Shown here one piece after another: positions 33,755 to 44,347 of a stretch of DNA of 64,000 nucleotides. Made by a program: the position numbers and the translations under genes. The DNA is taken from positions 8,545,625 through 8,609,624 of the forward strand of contig CM082579.2 in the NCBI GenBank assembly GCA_040954595.2, in the 5' to 3' direction. How positions within the stretch are numbered: the stretch's first letter is position 1; each line of letters begins with the position of its first letter. The notes beneath the pieces were generated by a model. The model was not told where the DNA came from. It ran no database searches and was given only the letters and a program-made list of their open reading frames with translations. This DNA is from Balanoglossus misakiensis. Lineage: Eukaryota; Animalia; Hemichordata.

Positions 33755-34995
33755 TTTGAGACCCCGGCCAGTTGGCAGTCGCGTCTATCTCACTGACGCT
33801 TGTATTAGATCTGTAGAATACCCGAAGTGACCCTCCAACTCAACGTGACAAGTGTCTGTCGACGGACTATTATGTTTTAATGTTAATGATCTATTGGCTC
33901 TTTTGATAAAGCTCTCTGTGTTCTGTCCATAGATTTTCCAAAAAAACCTACCAACCAGCCAGTAAACCAACCAGGGAAAGCACATAGAGAAAAATACCTC
34001 ACAAAACAATGACACTCATCACATGAACGCAATTTCATTGGTACCAGGCTAAGCTTACAATTTAGCGTGGTACATGTATAGTAGGCCTGGGCCCTATTGC
34101 TTGTTACAATGAACGACCCCAAATGTGTTAACAATACATATGTCTTTCATTGTAGACATTTCTACATTGTTCTTTCCATTTAAAAGCCCAGGATCTGTAA
34201 CCTCGGGATATCTTTAGCCGTGTTCACGATTTCATGAAGATGTCACATCCCTGACTGCTGCTCTGCCTATCTGCTGTGCTGGCTGTGCTCCGGCTCTGCT
34301 CTGACTGCCACTTGGGGGCGCTGTTTATAATGACCTATGACCTTCCTTCCAGCTTCGTGTTGTCGTGTTGATGTGTAATCTTCTGTGGGAAGTAGTAGTG
34401 TTGGCACGTATTTTACCTTATTCGGGCAGACATCGGTCTCCGTTGACTGAGACTAAATAACCAAGAGATAGACGTTCATAAGTAGTGAGGCAGGAGCCAG
34501 CAAATATCGTAGGTAGGTATGCTGCATACGCACAATTTTCAACACCTATTACTCCTCTTGACAAAATCAAATGCCAGCTCACCTTCGCTGGGCTAGCCGA
34601 AACCATGTACGACTGAGCTGAGGCGAAGTCACAGCAGGTATATTACATAATGAAACGAGAATGTGATCAAACAAAGGTGCCTGTATTTTATTGATAGAGT
34701 TGTGATATGTATATTGACACGCCCACTGGCTGAAAAGTTCCGTCAGCGAAAAAGGAAGTACATGTAACTATGCTTTATCAGCAACATTTCCAAATAACTA
34801 GAGCAGGTGATATGTGCGTAGAACCGAGTGTTTTGGAATGTTTGAATTCAAGTACCCATGGTTTTATCAGACTTTCATGAACTGCACATTTTCATTGCAG
34901 GGCCCCACTATGTTGTATAGCACCTGATGAGGGAGGTCTGCTCAATATCACATAAGCCATCCTCATTTCATAGAAGACCCACAGTTAACTTCACC

Positions 34996-36225
34996 ATGGT
35001 GACCAAGGTTTTCCTTGCTCTGCTTGTACTTGCAGCAGTCATGGCAACACCACAGGGATACCAAGACATCTTGAAGCTCTCCCAGGCCAACTCCAAGTTT
35101 GCCCTCCATCTTTACCAGGCGCTGGGTCAAACGAGGGCGGGCGAAAATATCTTCTTCTCACCAATCAGCATCTCGACCGCGCTGGCAATGACGCACCTGG
35201 GCGCCCGGGGCAACACCTCAGCTCAGATGAGCCAAGTGCTTCGGTTCAACGAGCTGGAGGAGTCGCAACTCCACTCGGCTTTCCACGAGTTCAGCACGAT
35301 GCTGTACAGCCCCGAGAGACCGTACACAATCAGGTCGGCCAACCGACTCTTCGGCCAAGAGGGCTACACATTCCTGCAGGACTTCATCAAGGCCAGCGCC
35401 AAGCACTACAGCGCTGAACTCAAACCAGTGGACTTTGCGAACAAGACAGAAGAGGCCAGACTTCTGATTAACGACTGGGTTGACAAACAGACAGAAGGGA
35501 AGATCAAGGACTTGCTGGCCGCAGGGATGCTGGATCCTCTATCCAGATTGGTTTTAGTCAACGCTATTTATTTCAAAGGCAACTGGGCCAGCAAATTCAA
35601 GGTGGAAGCTACAAAGAATGCCGATTTTTTCGTCAGTAAAGACAGCACAGTTCAAGTGCCTATGATGACTCAGAAAGCCAAGTTCAACTTTGGTTACGAT
35701 CGGGCTCTAGATTGCCAGATGCTGGAGTTGCCTTATGTTGGGGGTCACCTGAGCATGGTGCTGGTTCTGCCAACAAAAGTAGACGGGCTCCCACGACTTG
35801 AAAGCAAATTGGACGCGGACCTCCTGAACTCTTGGCCCAAGGTCATGGGGAACTCCACGGTCGTTGTCACCATTCCCAAGTTCAAGCTGGAGCAGGCGTT
35901 CCTGCTGAACGACCAGCTGGCCTCCATGGGCATGTCGGATCTCTTCAGCGCCGGAAACGCCGATCTGTCCGGCATCTCCGGCAGCAGGGATCTCTACGTC
36001 TCCAAAGTCATCCACAAAGCCTTCGTCGAGGTCAACGAGGAAGGCACCGAAGCGGCTGCCGCCACCGCCGTGGTGATGCGCAAGCGTTCAATCGACATGC
36101 CGGTCCAGTTCACCGCAAATCGCCCTTTCCTCTTCATCATCCGTGACAACAGAAGCAGTGCCATCCTCTTCATCGGTCGCTACAGCCACCCCCCTAACAA
36201 CGGAACTTCAAAAGACGAACTTTAA
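34996..36225 (+). CDS. Secretory-pathway serpin with signal peptide, inhibitory hinge, dibasic reactive loop (VVMRKR|SID) and C-terminal KDEL; CDS has no introns
   Basis: Signal peptide MVTKVFLALLVLAAVMA. Serpin motifs NIFFSPISIS, LVNAIYFKGNW, EVNEEGTEAAAAT and FTANRPFLFII. Ends SKDEL. The true ATG is taken as accATGG at 34996, matching copy 2. Confidence 0.95.
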   Translation: MVTKVFLALLVLAAVMATPQGYQDILKLSQANSKFALHLYQALGQTRAGENIFFSPISISTALAMTHLGARGNTSAQMSQVLRFNELEESQLHSAFHEFSTMLYSPERPYTIRSANRLFGQEGYTFLQDFIKASAKHYSAELKPVDFANKTEEARLLINDWVDKQTEGKIKDLLAAGMLDPLSRLVLVNAIYFKGNWASKFKVEATKNADFFVSKDSTVQVPMMTQKAKFNFGYDRALDCQMLELPYVGGHLSMVLVLPTKVDGLPRLESKLDADLLNSWPKVMGNSTVVVTIPKFKLEQAFLLNDQLASMGMSDLFSAGNADLSGISGSRDLYVSKVIHKAFVEVNEEGTEAAAATAVVMRKRSIDMPVQFTANRPFLFIIRDNRSSAILFIGRYSHPPNNGTSKDEL

Positions 36226-37342
36226 ATGCTAGAGTTGATGGAGCTAGTTCCTAGATCTTCTCAGGGTTTTGATTGGAGAAGACGTATTTTATTTCACACA
36301 TTGACAACAATGGTGGGTCCAGTTAAAAGTATTTAATCAGTGCCTTTTTGCCACCCTTGTAATGTATGTTTAGAAATGTTATTCCTGGTGGTTTTTGAAA
36401 TCCTTAGTGTCACATGGAAAGTGCTTTAAAAGAAACTAAAGAAAACAGTTATCTAAGAAGTGTCTTGAGAAAATTAAATGGTAACGACAAGATACCTGTG
36501 TGTTATGGTATTTGTTTGTGCAATGAGCAGAAACAGAAACCTGCAAGTCTAATTCTTTTCTCTTGACTTATATTCAGAGAAGACCTGGTATTTGTTACCT
36601 TATTTGTAGGCGACAATTATCAGCCAGAAATGATAGTACTGATAATTTTAATTTTAACAAAATGATTGCAGACTCTAAGATGATGAATCAGTAGAACTTT
36701 GAAGTACATTGATGTATATGAATTACCAATGTTTTTTGGTCATTTAATCACAAGTTGCGTATGACTATATAGGGTAAATAAAATGCATGTAGTAATTTCC
36801 TTGCTTGTTTTAAAGCCTTGTATTTATTTGTACTTAGTTTTGGAAAAACAGCCTGAATTTGGTCACCCCTGGAACTGTGATAACCCAATCCACTGTTGGG
36901 GATTGAAGTATTTTCAAAAAACCTTGGCTGGATAGCTAGTCTAACGTATAGGCCATACATTTCTACGTTGTTCTTTCCATTTAATCGTCCAGGATCTGTA
37001 ACCTTGTGATATTTTTCAGCCGAGTTCACGATTTACTAAAGATGTCACACCTCTGCCTACTGTATCTGCTGTGCTCTAGCTCTGCTCTGACTGGATGGGA
37101 CTTGGGGGCGCTGGTAATAATGACCTATGACCTACCTACAGCTTCACGTTCTTGTGTTGATGTGTTATCTTGAATTCTTGTGTGGGAAGTAGTGGTGTTT
37201 GCACATATTTTACCTTATTCAGGCAGACATCAGCTCAGTTGACTGAGACTAACTAGTCAAGAAATAGACGTCCATTAACAGTGAGGCAGGAGCCAGCAAA
37301 TATCGTAGGTAGGTATGCTGCATACGCACAATTTTCAACATC

Positions 37343-37504
37343 TACTACCGTTAAAGTCATTTTATGCCGAAAAGTGGGTGAGACTTATAATACCGATGTT
37401 CTGTTGTATCCATTTTCTGAAAATCTCCTCCCACACAAGTCTTTCAAAGAAGGGGTACGACTTATAATACCGCCACGACTTATAAAATTTCTTTAATGGT
37501 AGTA
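37343..37504. mobile_element. ~160-bp MITE-like insert (Tc1/pogo-like ends)
   Basis: Ends TACTACCGTTAAAG and CTTTAATGGTAGTA match 13/14 as inverted repeats. It contains three internal GACTTATAA repeats and is absent from the matching position in serpin copy 1. Confidence 0.6.
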
Positions 37505-38219
37505 TATTATATTGACACTACTAGTAGTAGCAATGTCATGCTGCTGAAAAGTTCCGTCAGCGAAAAAGGAAGTACATGTTACAACATGAGTAAGCACCAA
37601 CCCTTTTCTCTGATTGTTCGGCTAACCTAAACGAATTCCTATTCTGCTCCTGGTAACTGGTGATAGCAACACTTAGTAAAATGCCAACTGTATAACTGCT
37701 GGGTTCCACACTTTCACCAGAGAGTCAGTAGAGTCTTGTGAAATCCCATTGTAGCAATTTGTACAATCAACAAAAGACAAGCGATCTGCATTTTTAATCT
37801 GTTAGGTATGTTTCCTCTGTAGGGGAGAAGCATAGGAGCCTTATTGTGAATGCAGTGTTTGCAAGTGACCTGACAGGCTGTGTGTCTTATAGCTGCAACG
37901 ATTGTAGCGGGGGCTGCTAGGTTGACTGGTGTGTTCGCAGCGTAACCGCTACAAGGCCTTGTGTGTAATTTTCCAATCAACTTTCTGTCGACAGCTGAGT
38001 TACAGGGTTTAACTCTTACCTCCGATAAAATTTGAAAAACGAACGGTTGCATCCTCCCAAAAACTCTAAAAACACCTCCAACGCCCAAATTTTCCCCAAA
38101 AGTGTCTCGCTTCCATTAAAAAAATGATAAATCCACTGTAATTTCACAGATGTTTTCAAACTTTGTCCGCCATGTTTGCTCAAACACGGCGGAACACTTA
38201 TAGCACCTGATGTGGGAGG

Positions 38220-38455
38220 TGTTATGTTATTGACTATTATTCTTTCGGAGACCGTGGGGTGGATCGATGACCAGGACTGACTTATTGCAAGTAAACACAA
38301 CTATTTATTATGAAGATATGTGCGCGACTGTACCTAACAGTCCGCCATGAAAACAGCAAGAGCCAGAAGTAACAGCAGGGTTACATGCACTGGAAATCAG
38401 GGCGCGAGCGAGGGCGCTATAGCAAAGATAGCTAACACAGGGTGATAACACAACA
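38220..38455 (-). repeat. 3' LTR (236 bp)
   Basis: Identical by eye to 40635-40870 and adjacent to the polypurine tract. Confidence 0.95.
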
Positions 38456-38580
38456 TCCCCCTTTGTAAGAAAAAGTGAACAAACACAGTTTGGCAAAATC
38501 TGAACTTGTGAATGTCAATAACAATGTCTATCAATAAATGAACTCGAAACTTAAGTGTCACTGGATGAGCTCATAAGAGT

Positions 38581-40510
38581 TCACAAGTCTAGGCGCTCTG
38601 GTTTCCTTATCGTACGCTCGGAACGACGTAATGCAGGTGCTGCGGAAGCTATGTTGTTTTCCTTCGTGGGTGTGGAGCTCGCAGTGCTGGCTGGTCCCGG
38701 TACATCTATAGCGATGTCGTTGTCGTGACGGCGCGTACGTAGGTCTTCATCACGGAAGATCTCTGCAGTAGGCCTGATGTGGCGTCGGTTACGCCTGTAC
38801 ACACCTCGCGGTGTCTCTACTGTATAAGATCGCGGTTCGGCAGTGCGCGTGATGATTTTGCCTGGTTCCTATGTCTTGTTGACGGGGTGTTGCACACGGA
38901 CGGATTGGTGTGGCTTCAGCTCGGACAGGGGACGGTTGCTCTCAAAGCGTTTGTTGACGCGTCTTGACGGCGTTGTAATGCTTCGCTATGGCGGCTTACA
39001 TTGTGTGGCATCCTGCCCGGTGGGTTTGACTTGTACATGCGTGAATTCAGCATCTCGCAGGGCGACGGCAAGTTGTGATCAATCGGCGTTGTGCGCAGAC
39101 ATAGCATAGCTAAATGCGAATCAGTGCCTGTCTCGCGGGCTTTCGTGAATAGATCTTTCACCGTATCGACCTGCTTCTCGATGAAGCCATTGCTGGACGG
39201 GAAGTGAGGTGAACTCGTGATGTGTTCAAATCCGTAGTTTCTCGCGAATTCCTTGAATTCCTCGCAATCAAATTGCGGTCCGTTGTAAGAAATCAAGCGA
39301 TGGCAAATTCCATGCTCGTCGAACATCACTTTCATGTGGTTGATGATCGATCTTGAACTGAGGTTGCTCAGTTTGCGTACCAGTGGGAATTTGGAATACT
39401 GGTCGGCTACCAATAGATATGTCGATTGTTCCCAGTAGAACAAATCGGTTGATAGCGTGTGCCATGGTCCGGGTGGCACGTCATATGAGTGCAGCGGTTC
39501 TTTGGGCAGCGAGTTTTGGTGCTTTTGGCACGTTGGGCATTTGCGTACCATTTGTTCAATGTCATTGTTCATGCCTACCCAATAGACTGCGGATTTGGCG
39601 CGTAGCCGGCATTTCTCTATGCCCTGGTGTGCGAGATGAATCTTCTCTAGTGCCATTTTGTGTAATGACTTGGGTACGACGATTCTGTTACCCTTGATGA
39701 CGACTCCATCTGCTACACCTAATTCTTCTCGGAATGTCCAATACGGAAGCAAGTGAGTTGGACACTCGGCGCGCGTGTCTGGCCAACCTGTCATAATCAT
39801 ATTTCGAAGCGCGGTTAGCTCAACATCGCGGGCGGTCTCTACTATTGTGTGAACACGAGTAGTCGGCTCTGACTTCACTGTGCTCGGTGCTGCTCTTGAC
39901 TGAGATGATCTGCACATCTTTATCCAGTGATTTTGCTTACCGCAGTTTCGGCAAGTTGATCCACAAGCAGGGCATCTTTCCTCCCGTTTGTGAGATTTAC
40001 CACAATTCCGGCAGAGTTGGGTTGGTGACCTAGGCGGTGACCTCGTGTCACGCTTTTTGGCGCTAGTCGTTCGGTGGGTTTTCTGTTTTCCTCCACGTGA
40101 TCTGTGTATGGCGTGAACTGTCTCTGGTTCAGCGCTAATGTCATTCAGTTGACGAAATGTGGCCTTGTGTCGCTGACATACTTGTATGGCGTCTTGTAGT
40201 GTTGTTTTTCGCCTTTCTCAAGCAATTTTAATTGTACTTGACGTGAGTTGATGCCATAAATGAGTGTATCTAACATGTGTTCGTTAGGCTCTTTGTAATT
40301 ACAATCAGCACAAATGAGTCTGATTCGTTTCATGAAGCTGTCCACAGTTTCGTTAGTTTCTTGCTTCAGGTTTCTCAATTTGAATCTGGCAACTCGAAAA
40401 TTGCTCTGCGGCTTCACATATGCCTCAAACATCTCCCAGTGTTTGGCGAGATCGTCTAGGGAAACGTTCCAGTCCATCTGTGGTGTAGGGAGACCACTTA
40501 ATTCTGCCAT
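38581..40510 (-). pseudogene. Degenerate gag-integrase remnant with protease, RT and RNase H deleted
   Basis: Gag MAELSGLPTPQMDWN... is frameshifted. Two zinc knuckles (CRNCGKSHKREERC, CRNCGKQNHWIKMC) run in frame into the integrase HHCC (HLAHQG...CPTC) and core (STDLF, ISYNGPQF, SNGFIE). The C-terminal RRSERTIRKPERL lies in another frame. Confidence 0.9.
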
Positions 40511-40634
40511 GCTGTTTCGATTTCGGCGCGGAGAGCGTCTCGGTGTGTGTTACGTCGAGTCCGTTGGTTTCTTCTGATCACTACTTCAGCGACGGTTTCT
40601 CAGTTGTCGGCTAAAGTCACCTTTCCTGACACCA

Positions 40635-40870
40635 TGTTATGTTATTGACTATTATTCTTTCGGAGACCGTGGGGTGGATCGATGACCAGGACTGACTTAT
40701 TGCAAGTAAACACAACTATTTATTATGAAGATATGTGCGCGACTGTACCTAACAGTCCGCCATGAAAACAGCAAGAGCCAGAAGTAACAGCAGGGTTACA
40801 TGCACTGGAAATCAGGGCGCGAGCGAGGGCGCTATAGCAAAGATAGCTAACACAGGGTGATAACACAACA
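40635..40870 (-). repeat. 5' LTR (236 bp)
   Basis: Identical by eye to 38220-38455 and followed by the PBS on the minus strand. Confidence 0.95.
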
Positions 40871-40928
40871 GGAGGTCTGAACAATATCACCATCCTCGTT
40901 TGATAGAAGACCCACAGTTAACTTCACC

Positions 40929-42152
40929 ATGGTGACCAAGGTTTTCCTTGCTCTGCTTGTACTTGCAGCAGTCATGGCAACACCACAGGGATACCAGGAC
41001 ATCTTGAAGCTCTCCCAGGCCAACTCCAAATTTGCCCTCCATCTTTACCAGGCGCTGGGTCAAACGAGGGCAGGCGAAAATATCTTCTTCTCACCAATCA
41101 TCATCTCGACCGCGCTGGCAATGACGCACCTGGGTGCCCGGGGCAACACCTCAGCTCAGATGAGCCAAGTGCTTCGGTTCAACGAGCTGGAGGAGTCGCA
41201 ACTCCACTCTGCTTTCCGCGAGTTCAGCACGATACTGTACAGCCCAGAGAGACCATATATAATCAGGTCGGCCAACCGACTCTTCGGCCAGGAGGGCTAC
41301 ACATTCCTGCAGGACTTCGTACAAGCCAGCGCCAAGCACTACAGCGCCGAACTCAAACCAGTGGACTTTGCGAACAAGACAGAAGAGGCCAGACTTCTGA
41401 TTAACGACTGGGTTGACAAACAGACAGAGGGGAAGATCAAGGACTTGCTGGCGGGGCTGGATCCTCTGTCCAGATTGGTTTTAGTCAATGCCATTTATTT
41501 CAAAGGCAACTGGGCCAGCAAATTCAAGGTGGAAGCTACAAAGAATGCGGATTTTTTCGTCAGTAAAGACCGCACAGTTCAAGTGCCTATGATGACTCAG
41601 AAAGCCAACTTCAACTTTGGTTACGATAGGGCTCTAGATTGTAAGATGCTGGAGTTGCCTTATGTTGGGGGTCACCTGAGCATGGTGCTGGTTCTGCCGA
41701 CAAAAGTAGACGGGCTGCCCCGACTTGAAAGCAAACTGGACGTGGACCTCCTGAACTCGTGGCCCAAGGTCATGGGGGAATCCGAGGTCGTTGTCACCAT
41801 TCCCAAGTTCAAGCTGGAGCAGGCGTTCCTGCTGAACGACCAGCTGGCCTCCATGGGCATGACGGATCTCTTCAGTGCCAGAAACGCCAACCTGTCCGGT
41901 ATCTCCGACAGCAGGGATCTCTACGTCTCCAAAGTCATCCACAAAGCCTTCGTCGAGGTCAACGAGGAAGGCACCGAAGCGGTCGCCGTAACCGCCACGG
42001 TCTTCATGATAAGCACAGTCGACATGCCGGTCCAGTTCACCGCAAATCGCCCTTTCCTCTTCATCATCCGTGACAACAGAAGCAGTGCCATCCTCTTCAT
42101 GGGTCGCTACAGTCACCCCCCTAACAACGGAACTTCAAAAAACGAACTTTAA
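40929..42152 (+). CDS. Tandem paralogue of the serpin with a diverged reactive loop (EGTEAVAVTATVFMISTVD) and C-terminal KNEL
   Basis: Intact 407-aa ORF, nearly identical to copy 1 outside the loop, with a 2-aa deletion. The upstream region is disrupted by insertions, so expression is uncertain. Confidence 0.9.
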   Translation: MVTKVFLALLVLAAVMATPQGYQDILKLSQANSKFALHLYQALGQTRAGENIFFSPIIISTALAMTHLGARGNTSAQMSQVLRFNELEESQLHSAFREFSTILYSPERPYIIRSANRLFGQEGYTFLQDFVQASAKHYSAELKPVDFANKTEEARLLINDWVDKQTEGKIKDLLAGLDPLSRLVLVNAIYFKGNWASKFKVEATKNADFFVSKDRTVQVPMMTQKANFNFGYDRALDCKMLELPYVGGHLSMVLVLPTKVDGLPRLESKLDVDLLNSWPKVMGESEVVVTIPKFKLEQAFLLNDQLASMGMTDLFSARNANLSGISDSRDLYVSKVIHKAFVEVNEEGTEAVAVTATVFMISTVDMPVQFTANRPFLFIIRDNRSSAILFMGRYSHPPNNGTSKNEL

Positions 42153-43667
42153 ATTTGGCAGTTGATGGAGCTAGTTCCTCACTTCTCAGACGTGTGTTAT
42201 TTCACACATTTACAACAATGGCGGGATCTGTTAAAATTATTTAATTACTATCAGTGCCTTTTTGCCTCCCTTGTATGTTTTGAAAAAGTTATTCCTGGTG
42301 GCTTTTGCAAGCTTTACACATGGAAAGTGCGGAAAAAAATTAAAGAAAACATAGTTATCTAAGAAGTGTCTAGAGAAAATTAAATGGTAATGACTACAAG
42401 AAGCCTCAGTGTATTACTGCATTTTTTGTGCAATGAACAGAAACAGAAACTTGCAATTGAAATCAATTTTTTTCCTCTTGACTTATATTCAGAGTAGACC
42501 TGGTATTTGCTACCTTATTTGTAGACGACAATTATCAGCCAGAAATGCTGGTACTGTTCATTTTAATAAAATGATCGCAGACTGTTAGGTGATGAATCAG
42601 TAGAACTTTGAAGTACAATGATGTATTTGAATTACCGATGTTTATTTGGTCATTTGGTCACAAGTTGCATGTGACAGTATAGCGATGCGAATAAAATGCA
42701 TGGAGTAATTGCCTTGCTTGTTTTAAAAGCCTTGTATCTATTTGTACATTTTTTGATATGATAGTGTTGGATCAAGAGCCTGAATTTGATCACCCCATGG
42801 AACTGTGATAACCCAATCCACTGTTGGGGATTGAAATATTTTCAAAAGGGTAAGTAAGACCTTGGATAGCTAGTCTAATGTATGGGCTGTATTTTGGCAG
42901 CAAATATACCACGCCAGAACCAAAGTTTAACCACTAAAAAGGATCAGCCAGTTTTCAGTCTGGTTAACTGGTAAATCAGTTTTTAAAAAAAGAAGTGTCT
43001 ATGCTAAATGAGAACAATGAAATGAAGTAAACCTTGATGGCAAGTTTGAAACTTGGACAGAAAATGAGTAATGACATTGAAATTCTGACTGAAAAGTAAA
43101 ATTTATTTTTTAAAATTATACATATTTATCTCAATTACAAAATGTATTATGCATAGAACTAAAATCTAAACTGACTCTACAGATATAAAATATAAACTTG
43201 CATGATTTATTTTAAAAATATCCTACCAAATCAATTAATCAGTATATATTGTCATCACTGTCAAGACATGGGTAAATTTGGTGGCAGTCAAGAGAATGGT
43301 CCTGGATTTCAACTGTTCAACAAGAACCCTGAGTATAAAAGGAACAAAACTGATTGATTTACAATTTTATCGGCTTCCAAAGTACAGGGATGATAACCGT
43401 GGTTGTACAATGTAAAGCCATTTTCTCAGCCTCAACTCTCCTTAAGTCAAAGATCATGTGCATATACAGATGTGATTGACACATTGTTGTAACAAGATGG
43501 ACCCAAAACACACTTAAAATTAATATTTTTTTTAAATAAAGAAATATACATTAAAATGCTGGCAGAAACAGATCAATATTTACACAACCCCTCTCACTCA
43601 AGCAGATTCTACAAACCCTCCACAACATCAATTGTACTGCATTGGATACCGTTTGCCGACACGATCA

Positions 43668-44266
43668 TCAGCTTTGGTTCTGATCGGCGAAGGGTGTGGC
43701 GTTCTCCTTCACGTGCTTGAACGCCGTGGCTGCGTTGAATTTCTTCTTCCCTTCCAGCTTGTCGACCTTGTCTTCCAACTTCCTGATCTGCGAGCGTTGC
43801 TTGGTCTCCTGTTCGCGAAGCTTCATCACTTCCTGTGGACGACAGAAATGACACATTTCACGGGTTTAAGTACAGCAAGAGCTGACAACTGATATTACCT
43901 ACTATTCTCCAGTAAGCAACATGAAAAATTGGTAAATCATGAAGAAAAAAATAAAGTTTGCAACTCTACCTAATACCTATTACAATTGGTTCATAGGAAA
44001 ACCACCCACCCACCTGTTTCATTGATAAGTTCTCCTCCTTCAGCTTCAGGATGTGCTGTATTTTCTGCTTCTGATTTTTATGACCCAGCAGCTTGGCGTA
44101 CTGCGTGCTGAGTTTCTGCACTTCGTTCTGCGCCATGTTGTTCTTGCTGAGGAGCAACTTCTTCTCGGCCTCAAAGGCATCCAGTTGTTCCTGCGGGAGT
44201 TGACAAACAAACACCCAAAATTAGAAAATTGCATTCATCATCATCATCATCATTTTGTCGTCGTCG

Positions 44267-44307
<41 letters not shown>

Positions 44308-44313
44308 TTGTCG

Positions 44314-44347
<34 letters not shown>

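Larger units (their letters stand above)
38220..40870 (-). mobile_element. Non-autonomous Ty3/Gypsy (Mag-like) LTR retrotransposon, 2651 bp, with a 5-bp GGAGG target-site duplication
   Basis: 236-bp TG...CA LTRs at 38220-38455 and 40635-40870. GGAGG lies on both sides (38215-38219 and 40871-40875) and occurs once at the empty site in serpin copy 1. PBS TGGTGTCAGGA (tRNA-Leu-like) follows the 5' LTR. PPT AAAGGGGGA precedes the 3' LTR. Gag and integrase remnants lie inside. Confidence 0.95.
34156..42888 (+). repeat. Head-to-tail tandem duplication of a ~2.8-kb serpin unit: copy 1 ~34156-36955, copy 2 ~36957-42888 (expanded by insertions)
   Basis: The 5' flanks 34156-34545 and 36957-37340 align. 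The 3' flanks 36226-36953 and 42153-42888 align up to ...gatagctagtctaa(c/t)gtat(a/g)ggc. Confidence 0.9.

Noticed and set aside
34920-34950. CTGATGAG hammerhead-like core, also present near 61050 on the minus strand
   Set aside because: No matching stem II or GAAA element.
34927-34995. 23-aa N-terminal extension of serpin 1 in the ORF track
   Set aside because: The downstream accATGG begins the signal peptide and is the start conserved in copy 2.
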